NCBI GenBank assembly: GCA_965215365.1
Contig: CBDCDS010000003.1
Location: 2,568,992 to 2,632,991, forward strand
Length of the DNA stretch: 64,000 bases
Reading direction: 5' to 3'
DNA from: Gammaproteobacteria bacterium
GTDB taxonomy: Bacteria; Pseudomonadota; Gammaproteobacteria; Eutrophobiales; Eutrophobiaceae
The notes under the pieces are model-generated. The model was not told where the DNA came from and did no database searches. It saw only the letters and a program-made list of their open reading frames with translations. A program made the translations under genes and the position numbers. Positions within the stretch are counted from its first letter, which is position 1. The number at the start of each line of letters is the position of its first letter. Below, one piece after another: positions 19,250-28,887 of the stretch.

Positions 19250-22200
19250 GCAGCCTTGCCGCCGAACGCTACGATGTCGCCATCGTCGGCGCCGGTCCAG
19301 TAGGTAGCTTGTGCGCGCTGGCCCACGCGCAGAAGGGCGCGCGGGTGGCGTTGCTGGAAGCCAACCCCAAGGCCTCGCTGCGCTTGGCCGGAGAATGGCT
19401 GCATCCGCCGGCCGTGCGTATGCTGCGAGCAGTCGGCATAGCAATCGACGAACAGCCGCGCAGCAGTACGGGAGAGGGGTTTGCCGTGTTCCCGGAAGAC
19501 GGCTCCGAGCCGATAGTCTTGCCTTATCCGAAGGGTGAATGTGGGGTAGCCTGTGATCACACCGCGTTGGTGGCGCGCCTGCATGAGGCGGTGGAGGACG
19601 AACCCGATATCGATTTTTTACTTCATGCCAAAGTACGCGAAGTTGAAGATGGGCAACTCGCGTTCGCCCGCAATGGCACCTTGGAGACCCTGGCGGCAAC
19701 GAGTATCGTCGGCGCTGATGGACGCTCCTCGGTGGTGCGCCAATCACTGGGGTTGCCGGGAAAGCGGATCCCCTGCTCGCGCATGGTGGGGGTGGTCGTT
19801 GAGGATGCGGAGCTACCCGTAAAAGGTTACGGGCACGTTTTGCTTGGGGCGCCGGGGCCAATTCTCGCTTATCACACCGGCGCGCGCCACGTCAGAATCA
19901 TTGCTGACATTCCGCTGGACCACTGGAGCCCCAAGGACCGGGCTAACCTGCTGTCGGAATCGTATGCCGAACTGCTGCCGGAGGCGCTCAAGGCCGGATT
20001 TATAAAAGCAGTGCAGTCAGGAAAATTCCATGCCGCGGCCAATGAACTCAGACCGCGCGTCAGTTACGGCACCTGGCAGCGAACGCTAATCGGAGATGCG
20101 GCCGGTCACTACCACCCCCTGACCGCAGTGGGCATGACCCTGGGTTTTGGCGATGCCCTGATGCTCGCCAAGTGCCAGAACTTCAATGAATTCAAGCGTC
20201 AACGTTTTCGCGATATTCGCGCGCCGGAGCTGCTGGCCATGGGTATGTATGAGGTATTTGCCGATCACCGGGGCGAGGCCGTGGCGCTCAGGACCGCCAT
20301 GTACCAGAACTGGTTAAAACTGCCCATAGTGCGCGACCGCACCATGCGTTTGCTCGCCTGTGAGGATCGTTCCATAGTGAGGCTCGGCCTGGCCACCTGC
20401 GTGACGGCGCTGCGCGCGCTGACGACACAGACCCCGCACACCTTAAACCGGCTGGCCTGGCGCCGTACCGGTGACGTCATGGGCGCCTTGGCCTCGCGGG
20501 TGGTATGGTTCCTGCACGGCGTTGACATTCTGAGCAAGTTGCGGCGTAACGGCGACAACATGGAAAACAGGTTCCGTGAGGTATTGGCGCGTTCATTCCT
20601 GATTTCCGTGCCTCCCGAAAAAACCGGCGTCGAGCCAGCCGCGCCCAAGGATACAATATCTTTTGACGCGAGCCCGGCCTTGCACAAAGCCGGCGCACGC
20701 CTGCTGAGTTTACAGGGTGATGACGGCGCCTGGGAAGGGGAGATGGTATGGTGCCCCATGCTCACTGCGCAATACGTGTTATTGCAGCACCTCCTAGAGC
20801 AACCCATCGAAGCCGGCCGGCGCCGGCGGATACTGCGTTCGTTTGCGTGTTCCCGTCTGGACAACGGGCTGTGGAGTTTGCATGAACACCCACCCGCCAA
20901 CCTGTTTGTCACCACCCTGGTTTATGTTGCCGCGAGATTGCTTGGCCTTGAGCAGGATGATACGCTGCTTAAGCCGGCGCAACGTTTTCTGCAAGCAGAA
21001 GGCGTGCGCGCTATCCCCAGCTGGGGCAAGTTCTGGCTGGCGCTGCTCAACCTGTATGACTGGCGCGGGGTGAATGCCATCCTGCCGGAGTTGTGGGGAC
21101 TGCCGCGCCGACTGCCATTGCATCCTTCCAACTGGTACTGTCATACCCGGCTGATCTATATGGCCATGGCCTCGGTTTATGCGCACCGCTATCAGGCCCC
21201 CGTCACGACCACCATTGCCGCGCTGCGCGAGGAGCTGTATCCACAAGGGTATGAGCAGGTTGATTTCGTCGCCGGCCGCAACGACTTGCGGGCCGGTGAC
21301 CTGTTTGCCCGCCCCGGCGTCTGGTTACGCGCCGGCTACGCCTTGACCCGTCTGTACGAGCGCTACCATAACAAGCGCTTGCGCAACCAATGCCTGGAGG
21401 CGCTGCGCGGGCAGATATCCTGGGAATTACAGAGTAGCAGCCATACCAGCATCTCACCAGTGAGCGGTTTTCTCAACATCCTGGCCTTGTGGTTGCGCGA
21501 TCCGGACGATGCCGACTGCCGTCAGGCGCTGGCAAAGCTGGACGACTGGTTCTGGGAAGATGAAGAGCACGGCGCGCGGGTGACCGGTGCCCGCAGCAGC
21601 TCCTGGGATACCGGCTTCGCCCTGCAAGCGCTAGCCACGGCGCCGGATGTTGCAGGCGCGCCCAAAGCCATGCGCAAAGGCGCCGAGGCCCTGCGCAACC
21701 AGCAGATCCAGGTCAGTTTTGAGGGCTATAAGGAGGCCTACCGTAATGACCCCCAAGGCGGCTGGTGCTTCCCCGGAGGCTGGCATGGTTGGCCGGTGAG
21801 CGACTGCACAGCAGAGGCGGCGCTGGGGATAATGGCGGTGCAGGGCGCTGCTACCAACCCGGAAATGCTGGCCGCTGCCGCACGCTTTATGTTGCGCAGC
21901 CAGAATCGCGACGGTGGCTTTGGCAGCTACGAGGCACAGCGTTCCCGTTTTGATCTGGAATGGCTGAATCCGGCGGAGATGTTTGGCGAGTCCATGACTG
22001 AGCACTCCTACGTGGAGTGTACCGCCTCGTGCATGGCCGCGCTGGCCGCGTGCCGGGAGCACGCGCCGCAAAGCCTGCCTGAAGCAGCGCCGGACGCCAT
22101 GTCCCGGGCCGAGTCGTGGCTGCGTAATACGCAGTCCAGCGACGGTTCCTGGCGTGGCGTCTGGGGCGTACAGTTCATCTATGGCACCTTGTTCGGCATC

Positions 22201-22641
22201 CGCGGGCTGATTGCCGCCGGGGCGCGCCCGGGCGACCCGGCGTTGCGTCTGGCCTGCCGCTGGCTGCTGGAACGTCAACGGGAGGACGGCGGCTGGGGCG
22301 AAAGTCTGCATGGTTGCCTGAGCGGCGAGTACGTTCCACATGAGGAAAGCCAGATTATCCAGAGCGCCTGGGCGCTGATTGCACTGCTTGAAGCGGGCGA
22401 ATCAAACTGGCCCATGATTGTGCGCGGCATCCGTTATCTGGCCGCCACTCAAAATGAGGACGGAAGCTGGCCCAGGCAGGACATGGCTGGCGTGTTTTTT
22501 CGTACCGCAATGTTGGATTACGTACTGTATCGGCAGTACTTTCCTCTGCACGCGCTGGGTTTGTACGAACGGCGGCGGCGGGCGCGGGCGGAGCTGGCGC
22601 AGTCGCTCAACCCATTACCAAAACCTGATGGTGTTACCTGA
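19246..22641 (+). CDS. Squalene epoxidase-oxidosqualene cyclase fusion protein
   Basis: N-terminal FAD monooxygenase ('IVGAGPVG', 'GEWLHPP', 'GADG', 'IGDAAGHYHPLTAVGMT'); C-terminal OSC with 'VSDCTAE', 'WYCHTR', QW repeats, 'WGVQFIYGT'; no stop between; ATG 19246 overlaps cyp51 TGA. Confidence 0.92.
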   Translation: MSSLAAERYDVAIVGAGPVGSLCALAHAQKGARVALLEANPKASLRLAGEWLHPPAVRMLRAVGIAIDEQPRSSTGEGFAVFPEDGSEPIVLPYPKGECGVACDHTALVARLHEAVEDEPDIDFLLHAKVREVEDGQLAFARNGTLETLAATSIVGADGRSSVVRQSLGLPGKRIPCSRMVGVVVEDAELPVKGYGHVLLGAPGPILAYHTGARHVRIIADIPLDHWSPKDRANLLSESYAELLPEALKAGFIKAVQSGKFHAAANELRPRVSYGTWQRTLIGDAAGHYHPLTAVGMTLGFGDALMLAKCQNFNEFKRQRFRDIRAPELLAMGMYEVFADHRGEAVALRTAMYQNWLKLPIVRDRTMRLLACEDRSIVRLGLATCVTALRALTTQTPHTLNRLAWRRTGDVMGALASRVVWFLHGVDILSKLRRNGDNMENRFREVLARSFLISVPPEKTGVEPAAPKDTISFDASPALHKAGARLLSLQGDDGAWEGEMVWCPMLTAQYVLLQHLLEQPIEAGRRRRILRSFACSRLDNGLWSLHEHPPANLFVTTLVYVAARLLGLEQDDTLLKPAQRFLQAEGVRAIPSWGKFWLALLNLYDWRGVNAILPELWGLPRRLPLHPSNWYCHTRLIYMAMASVYAHRYQAPVTTTIAALREELYPQGYEQVDFVAGRNDLRAGDLFARPGVWLRAGYALTRLYERYHNKRLRNQCLEALRGQISWELQSSSHTSISPVSGFLNILALWLRDPDDADCRQALAKLDDWFWEDEEHGARVTGARSSSWDTGFALQALATAPDVAGAPKAMRKGAEALRNQQIQVSFEGYKEAYRNDPQGGWCFPGGWHGWPVSDCTAEAALGIMAVQGAATNPEMLAAAARFMLRSQNRDGGFGSYEAQRSRFDLEWLNPAEMFGESMTEHSYVECTASCMAALAACREHAPQSLPEAAPDAMSRAESWLRNTQSSDGSWRGVWGVQFIYGTLFGIRGLIAAGARPGDPALRLACRWLLERQREDGGWGESLHGCLSGEYVPHEESQIIQSAWALIALLEAGESNWPMIVRGIRYLAATQNEDGSWPRQDMAGVFFRTAMLDYVLYRQYFPLHALGLYERRRRARAELAQSLNPLPKPDGVT

Positions 22642-23675
22642 TGACACAGACACGCGAAAAAAGCAAAAAACCTGGTTTTCTTGGGGATCTGGCTTCGCAT
22701 GAAATCAAGTCGGTGGTCAATGAATACCGTGAGTTACATGATGCCGACCTGACGCATAGAAAGGAAAGCTATCAGAAACTCGTCAACCACTACTATGATC
22801 TGGCCACCGATTTCTACGAGTTCGGGTGGGGTCAGTCTTTCCACTTTGCCCCCGGGCGACGCGGCGAGAGCTTCAAAGATGCGTTGCTCAGACATGAGCT
22901 GTTCCTGGGCGGGAAGCTGGAGTTAAAGTCAGGCATGCAAGTCCTGGACGCAGGCTGCGGAGTGGGCGGGCCAATGCGCAATCTGGCCCGCCATACCGGT
23001 GCCAGTATTACCGGGATAAACAATAACGCCTACCAGATTGAGCGCGCGCGCAAGCACACCCGCGAAGTCAGCTCACTGTGCCGCCTCATTCATGGTAATT
23101 ACATGCAGATCCCGGAGACTGACAACCATTTCGATGCCGCCTACGAGATAGAAGCCATGCCGCACGCACCGGACCGGACTGCAGCGTACCGTGAGGTCTT
23201 GCGCGTGCTGCGTCCCGGCGGCTGCTTCGCCGGCTATGGCTGGTGTCTCACCGAGCATTTCGATCCGCAAAATGCCGATCACCTGCGCATCAAGAAGGAT
23301 ATTGAGGTAGGCAATGGAATGCCGGACACTCCCACCACAGCGGAGGTGGATGCAGCGTTGCGCGCCGCCGGGTTCGAGCTGCTGGAGGGCCGTGACCTTG
23401 CCTCCGAAGCAGACCCGGAAATGCCCTGGTACCGCCCTTTGCAGGGTGACTTTTTCAGTCTTGCGAGCCTGCCACGCACGCCAACCGGGCGCGCGCTCAC
23501 AAATCTGACTCTGAGGGTAGGAGAGTGGCTGCGACTGGTGCCGAGGGGCGCCCGAGACACCAGCACGATACTGAATCAAGGCGCTGATGCTTTGGTCGCA
23601 GGCGGCAAGGCTGATATATTTACGCCCATGTATTTCTATCTGGTACGCAAGCCAAACGCAGAAAAATCTGCATGA
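22641..23675 (+). CDS. Sterol C-24 methyltransferase (ERG6/SMT family)
   Basis: 'YYDLATDFYEFGWGQSFHF' (region I), 'LDAGCGVGGP' (SAM), 'IEVGNG', 'FTPMY'. Confidence 0.92.
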   Translation: MTQTREKSKKPGFLGDLASHEIKSVVNEYRELHDADLTHRKESYQKLVNHYYDLATDFYEFGWGQSFHFAPGRRGESFKDALLRHELFLGGKLELKSGMQVLDAGCGVGGPMRNLARHTGASITGINNNAYQIERARKHTREVSSLCRLIHGNYMQIPETDNHFDAAYEIEAMPHAPDRTAAYREVLRVLRPGGCFAGYGWCLTEHFDPQNADHLRIKKDIEVGNGMPDTPTTAEVDAALRAAGFELLEGRDLASEADPEMPWYRPLQGDFFSLASLPRTPTGRALTNLTLRVGEWLRLVPRGARDTSTILNQGADALVAGGKADIFTPMYFYLVRKPNAEKSA

Positions 23676-24235
23676 AATACGTATTTGACCCTGAAGTCCT
23701 GCGCGAGGTTGCGCAAGCCCACCTAGAGCTGCCGCTGGAGCAGATGATGCTGGCAATTACTGAGGATCTTGCCGAGCGTTATCCAGGCCGGATCCAGCTC
23801 GAGCGTGAATGGGTCTTCAACAACGCTGGCGGCGTCATGGGGCAGTTCACTATCCTGTACGCTTCGTTATCGGAGTACCTGATCTTCTTCGGCACGCCCA
23901 TCGGTAGCGGCGGGCATACCGGGCGCTATCATTTTGCCGAGGATTACGCATTCGTCTTAGATGGTGAGTTCTGGTATTTTAATCAGGGCGATACTCAAAG
24001 ACAGGAGTTCCGTAAAGGCGATTTCGTGCATCTGCCGCAAGGCGCGGCCATGGGTTTTTGTATGGTGGATCATGCCTGGATACTGGAATATGTACGCGGC
24101 CCGGTAGTTACCATGCTCCCGTTCGGACTCGCCGATACCTTATTCAGTACGCTTGACTACCGCACTTTGTTTCGTACCTTCCGCCTCTACGGTGGACATG
24201 TATTGCGTTCGCTCAGGAAGCCGCCTGGGCGGTAA
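23672..24235 (+). CDS. ERG2/sigma-1 receptor family C-8 sterol isomerase
   Basis: 'WVFNNAGGVMG', 'YASLSEYLIFFGTPIGSGGHTGRY', 'LPFGLADTLFSTLD'. Confidence 0.92.
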   Translation: MKYVFDPEVLREVAQAHLELPLEQMMLAITEDLAERYPGRIQLEREWVFNNAGGVMGQFTILYASLSEYLIFFGTPIGSGGHTGRYHFAEDYAFVLDGEFWYFNQGDTQRQEFRKGDFVHLPQGAAMGFCMVDHAWILEYVRGPVVTMLPFGLADTLFSTLDYRTLFRTFRLYGGHVLRSLRKPPGR

Positions 24236-25701
24236 TGCCACCGGTTCAAGATACCTGCCTTGCGGCGCGTAATTCCTGTGCAAGCAGGAATAGTTTGATT
24301 GTCGCTGTTGCGCTCTTGTTCGTGAGCGCGGCTGCCAGCGCGACCGGGTTGCCGCAGCCTGTCAATTTCGTCATCAACGGTTACAAAATTCCATCCGACA
24401 GCTACAGCCTGTATGTGCGCGACGTAGCAGCGCAGGAAGCGATACTGGCTGTCAACGCGGATACTGCGTTCAACCCCGCGTCCGTGATTAAAATCATCCC
24501 TACCCTGGCGGCGTTGGAGTTATTGGGCCCGGCCTATCAATGGAAAACGGAAGTCTATACCCTGGGCCATATCAATGACGGGGTGTTAGCGGGCGACCTG
24601 TTGCTCAAGGGCTATGGTGACCCGCACCTGGTGATAGAGGAGTTACGCAAGCTCCTGGAAGAACTGCGGCGGCGCGGCCTCAGAGAAATTAGCGGCGACC
24701 TGTTGATTGACTCGTCCTGGTTCGATGTTCCGGCAGCGGACCCGGGCGCCTTCGACAACAGGCCGTTCCACAGCTATAACGTGCTGCCGCATGCCTTGCT
24801 GGTGAATTTCAAGGCAGTGCACTTCCACTTCTATCCGTCCGCAAACGGTAAGGATGTGCAGATTCATGCCGAACCGGAGCTGGCCGGACTGAGCATCGAC
24901 AACCGCCTGCGCCTGCGCCAGCGCAGTTGTGGCGGTTTTCAGCGCGGCATCACTGTGACCGTGCCGGATGGCGATAGAGCCGCTACGGTGATCTTTTCCG
25001 GGCGCTTCCCGAACCGCTGCCGGCATTACATCCTGACCCGCGCGCTAATGACCCCTGAGACCTACGCCTATGGCGCATTCAAACTGATCTGGCAGCAACT
25101 GGGGGGAACTATCACCGGGCAAGTACGTAGCGCGCTGGCGCCGACACAGCAAGAACCCTATCTGGTACATCATTCCAAATCCCTGTCAGACATCATCAGG
25201 TACATCAACAAGTTCAGCAATAACGTGATGACCCGGCAGCTGCTGCTGACCCTGGGTGCGGAGTTACAGGAAGCGCCGGGCACGGTGGAGAAAGGTGTAC
25301 AGGTCATCAACGACTACCTTGCCGCACTGGGGCTGGAGGTGCACAGCCTGCATATCGACAACGGCGCCGGGCTGTCGCGGCAGGTACGCGTCTCGGCGCA
25401 ACTGCTGGCAGCTGTCCTGCAGCGTGGCTGGGACATTCCCCAGGCGCCGGAGTTCATCTCCTCACTGGCCATCACCGGCGTCGATGGCACCGCCCGCCGC
25501 CGCCTCAGCAACAAGGCCGCAGCCGGTTCTGCACACATCAAGACCGGCACCATCGACGAAGTGTCCGCCATCGCCGGCTATGTCCAGGCCCAATCCGGGC
25601 GGGACTTTATAGTAGTCGGCATGCTCAACCGCAAGCTGGCGCACAAAGGCCACGGCAAGGAACTGATGAACGCGCTGGTGAGCTGGGTTTATGGGCTTTA
25701 A
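24235..25701 (+). CDS. dacB: D-Ala-D-Ala carboxypeptidase/endopeptidase PBP4
   Basis: SxxK 'PASVIK', SxN 'FSNN', 'KTGT'. Confidence 0.92.
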   Translation: MPPVQDTCLAARNSCASRNSLIVAVALLFVSAAASATGLPQPVNFVINGYKIPSDSYSLYVRDVAAQEAILAVNADTAFNPASVIKIIPTLAALELLGPAYQWKTEVYTLGHINDGVLAGDLLLKGYGDPHLVIEELRKLLEELRRRGLREISGDLLIDSSWFDVPAADPGAFDNRPFHSYNVLPHALLVNFKAVHFHFYPSANGKDVQIHAEPELAGLSIDNRLRLRQRSCGGFQRGITVTVPDGDRAATVIFSGRFPNRCRHYILTRALMTPETYAYGAFKLIWQQLGGTITGQVRSALAPTQQEPYLVHHSKSLSDIIRYINKFSNNVMTRQLLLTLGAELQEAPGTVEKGVQVINDYLAALGLEVHSLHIDNGAGLSRQVRVSAQLLAAVLQRGWDIPQAPEFISSLAITGVDGTARRRLSNKAAAGSAHIKTGTIDEVSAIAGYVQAQSGRDFIVVGMLNRKLAHKGHGKELMNALVSWVYGL

Positions 25702-26426
25702 TGAACTGGCAAACTGCGCCCGAGCGTCTTGACCTCTCCCCATACCACGTTGATGTCTGGTTGACCTCAACGGAGCTGGAAGAGGAACGGGTGTACAGCT
25801 ATGCAAAGTCCCTGACAGAAACAGAACTTGGCCGCGCACGCAAGTTTAAGTTGGCAGCCAAATATCGGGAATACGTGATCACGCGCGGGCTGCTCAGGGA
25901 GCTGCTGTACAAGGTGGCCGGCCTGGATCTGGCTGGCGTTGACTTCAGCTACGGCGCGCATGGCAAACCCGGTCTGGCGGGGCGCGCCGATATTGTCTTT
26001 AATGTGTCCCACTCCCACGGCCTGGCGCTGGTGGCGCTGGCCACAGGCGGCAGGCTGGGGGTGGATCTGGAACAGGTCAAACCGGGGGTGGCCTGGCGGG
26101 AACTGGCCGAACGCTATTTTTCCGCGGCGGAAGGCCGCGCCCTGCAAGCCCGAGCACCCAGCGAGCACCCACGCGCCGGCTGCGCCTGCTGGACCCGCAA
26201 GGAGGCGTTCATCAAGGCACTAGGTGCCGGGCTCTCCCATGGCTTAACACAGTTCGATGTCAGTGTGGACCCGGACGCAGCCGAGGTAGGCCTGACTCTG
26301 CGCATAACCGGCGAGGACGCCAACGACTGGCAGTTGCGAAACCTGCCGATGCCACCCCGCTACCATGCCGCTCTGGCCCTGGACCGGCCGGCCTGCAAAC
26401 CCAGGCTATGGCGCGCGAACCACTAA
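25701..26426 (+). CDS. Sfp-type 4'-phosphopantetheinyl transferase
   Basis: 'GKP', 'FNVSHS', 'LGVDLE', 'WTRKEAFIKALGAGL'. Confidence 0.9.
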   Translation: MNWQTAPERLDLSPYHVDVWLTSTELEEERVYSYAKSLTETELGRARKFKLAAKYREYVITRGLLRELLYKVAGLDLAGVDFSYGAHGKPGLAGRADIVFNVSHSHGLALVALATGGRLGVDLEQVKPGVAWRELAERYFSAAEGRALQARAPSEHPRAGCACWTRKEAFIKALGAGLSHGLTQFDVSVDPDAAEVGLTLRITGEDANDWQLRNLPMPPRYHAALALDRPACKPRLWRANH

Positions 26427-26511
26427 TGCCAGCTTGCCCGGTTCCGGCGTTTTACGTATTATCATCATTTTACCACCTTGGAAATCAGCTCATGTTACAA
26501 CGGAACGGGTG

Positions 26512-27957
26512 ATGAACCTTGACCAGTACCCGCTGGCGGGATTGTACGATGAGCTACTGACCCCGCAAGGTCGGGCCCGGCCCGGGCTGGAACGTATGCT
26601 CGCGACATTGCAGGGGTTGAGCTATCAGGAACTGGCCGCGTGCAGGAGTGATGCCGAACAGGCGATTGCCACCATGGGCATCACTTTTACCGTGTATAGC
26701 GAGGCCGGCAATATCGACCGGCAGTGGCCTTATGACGTGATCCCCAGGCCCATCCTGCACAGCGAATGGAAACAGATTGAACGGGGCCTGGTGCAGCGCC
26801 TGACCGCGCTCAACCTGTTTATCGGTGACGTTTACAACGACCAGCGGATCATCAAGGATCAGGTCGTGCCGGCACACCTGTTACACACGTCAAAGAATTT
26901 TCGCAAGGAGTGCCAAGGCATGAAACCGGCGCAGGGGGTCTGGGCGCATATCTGCGGCACCGATCTGGTACGCGGCGCTGACGGCGTTATGTATGTGCTG
27001 GAAGACAACCTGCGCGTACCTTCTGGCGTGTCTTACATGCTGGAAAACCGGCGCCTGACCAAACTTGCCTTTCCCGAACTGTTTGAAAATTACTCTGTGC
27101 GGCGCCTGGGTGGCTATGCCATACACCTGTTTGAAACGCTGAACTCCATCTCGCCGCGCCCGCTGGACTACCCGGAAATCGTGGTATTGACGCCGGGCAT
27201 CTATAATTCGGCGTATTTCGAGCATTCATTTCTTGCCCGCCAACTGGGGGCAGAACTGGTGGAAGGCACGGACTTGGTGGTGGGAGATGACGATTACGTC
27301 TATATGAAGACTATCGCCGGGCTGGCGCCTGTCGATGTAGTGTATCGCCGCATTGACGACCTGTTTCTCGACCCTGAAGTGTTTCGTAACGACTCGGTGC
27401 TGGGCGTGCCTGGCATCATGCGCGCCTGGCGCAACGGCAAGGTGGGTCTGGTCAATGCCCCCGGCGCCGGCGTGGCCGATGACAAGCTGGTCTATACCTA
27501 TGTGCCCGACATGATTCGCTACTACCTAGATGAAGACCCGCTGTTGCCCAATGTGCCCAGCTATCGTTGCGATGATGACAAGCAACGCCGTCACGTACTT
27601 GCCAACCTGGATCAGCTGGTCTTGAAACCCGCCAATGAATCCGGCGGCTACGGCATCGTTATCGGACCGCAGGCAAGCCGCGCGGCGCTGGCGCAGGTTG
27701 CGCAACGGATCAAAGCCGATCCACGCGGCTATATTGCTCAACTACCGGTTAACCTGTCCACCGTGCCCACCTTGTGTGACGGACGCATCGAACCTCGCCA
27801 CGTGGACCTGAGACCGTTTGTATTGCAAGGCGACGACTTCTATGTGACCGCCGGCGGGCTGACCCGGGTGGCACTGACACCGGGCTCACTGATAGTCAAT
27901 TCTTCACAAGGCGGTGGCAGCAAGGATACTTGGGTGATAGCCGGAGGCAGGAATTAG
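26512..27957 (+). CDS. Circularly permuted type 2 ATP-grasp protein
   Basis: 'LEDNLRVPSGVSY', 'NSAYFEH', 'RHVDLRPF', 'VNSSQGGGSKDTWV'. Confidence 0.92.
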   Translation: MNLDQYPLAGLYDELLTPQGRARPGLERMLATLQGLSYQELAACRSDAEQAIATMGITFTVYSEAGNIDRQWPYDVIPRPILHSEWKQIERGLVQRLTALNLFIGDVYNDQRIIKDQVVPAHLLHTSKNFRKECQGMKPAQGVWAHICGTDLVRGADGVMYVLEDNLRVPSGVSYMLENRRLTKLAFPELFENYSVRRLGGYAIHLFETLNSISPRPLDYPEIVVLTPGIYNSAYFEHSFLARQLGAELVEGTDLVVGDDDYVYMKTIAGLAPVDVVYRRIDDLFLDPEVFRNDSVLGVPGIMRAWRNGKVGLVNAPGAGVADDKLVYTYVPDMIRYYLDEDPLLPNVPSYRCDDDKQRRHVLANLDQLVLKPANESGGYGIVIGPQASRAALAQVAQRIKADPRGYIAQLPVNLSTVPTLCDGRIEPRHVDLRPFVLQGDDFYVTAGGLTRVALTPGSLIVNSSQGGGSKDTWVIAGGRN

Positions 27958-28887
27958 ATGCTGTCCAGAGTGGCAGAGCAGTTTTACTGGTTCGGGCGCC
28001 ATATTGAACGGGCCGAGAACAGCGCGCGCTTGGTCGCAGTCAACGCCAACCTGATGCTGGACCTGCCGCGGCCTTTTCAGCGCATCTGGGCCAATGTGAT
28101 CGACATTTCCGGGAGCAACGATCTGTTTTACCCGAGCTACGGCAAAGCCGATGAAGACTGCGTCTTGCAATTCATGCTCACCGACGAAACCAACCCTTCC
28201 TCCATGCTCTGCTGCGTGCGTATGGCCCGCGACAACGCCCGCAGCTCCCGCGAGATACTCCCGCCAGAAGCCTGGGAAGCCATCAATGAGCTGTACCTGT
28301 ACGTGCGGGAGAATGCGGCGCTGGGCACAGACCCCGGTGAACGCCTGGGCTACCTGCAGCGCGTGATCCGCTATTGCCAGCAGCTCACAGGCATGCTGTT
28401 CGGCAGCATGGGTCATGGCAGCGCCTATAGTTTCAAACGCATTGGCAGAAACTTAGAGCGCGCCGACATGAGCACCCGCATTATCGACATCGGCTGCGTC
28501 AACCTGCTGCCCGGCGGCGATGACAGCGCTGCCGCTTATGCTGAATTGTTATGGTTAAATGTCCTGAGTTCCCTGGGTAGTTACCAGATTTATCGGCAAC
28601 ACGTCAAAGTGCGCCCTTACGGTGAAGATGTGGTTGACTTCCTGTTCAAATACGTTGACGCGCCGCGCAGCGTATTGCATTGTCTGGAAGAAATCGGTGC
28701 CTGTCTGCTGCGACTGCCGGGCAATGAGGCGCCGCTGCAAACCCTGGAACTGGCGCGCAACAAAGTCAAGGCAGCCGACATCCCTCGGTTGCTGGAGCAG
28801 GATAACCTGCATGACTTTATCGATGAAGTACAGTTGGGCCTGGGCAACATCCATGCCCAGGTGGAGCAGACCTGGTTCAGGTATTGA
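27958..28887 (+). CDS. Alpha-E domain protein
   Basis: 'MLSRVAEQFYWFGRHIERAEN', 'IGRNLERADM', 'PRS'. Confidence 0.9.
   Translation: MLSRVAEQFYWFGRHIERAENSARLVAVNANLMLDLPRPFQRIWANVIDISGSNDLFYPSYGKADEDCVLQFMLTDETNPSSMLCCVRMARDNARSSREILPPEAWEAINELYLYVRENAALGTDPGERLGYLQRVIRYCQQLTGMLFGSMGHGSAYSFKRIGRNLERADMSTRIIDIGCVNLLPGGDDSAAAYAELLWLNVLSSLGSYQIYRQHVKVRPYGEDVVDFLFKYVDAPRSVLHCLEEIGACLLRLPGNEAPLQTLELARNKVKAADIPRLLEQDNLHDFIDEVQLGLGNIHAQVEQTWFRY

Noticed and set aside
19246-22641. Squalene-hopene cyclase / hopanoid cluster
   Set aside because: The catalytic motif is DCTAE rather than DxDD, and the neighbours are sterol-specific enzymes.
24235-26426. dacB and PPTase as part of the sterol system
   Set aside because: They overlap the operon end, but are common housekeeping genes with no known role in sterol synthesis; more likely the insertion context.
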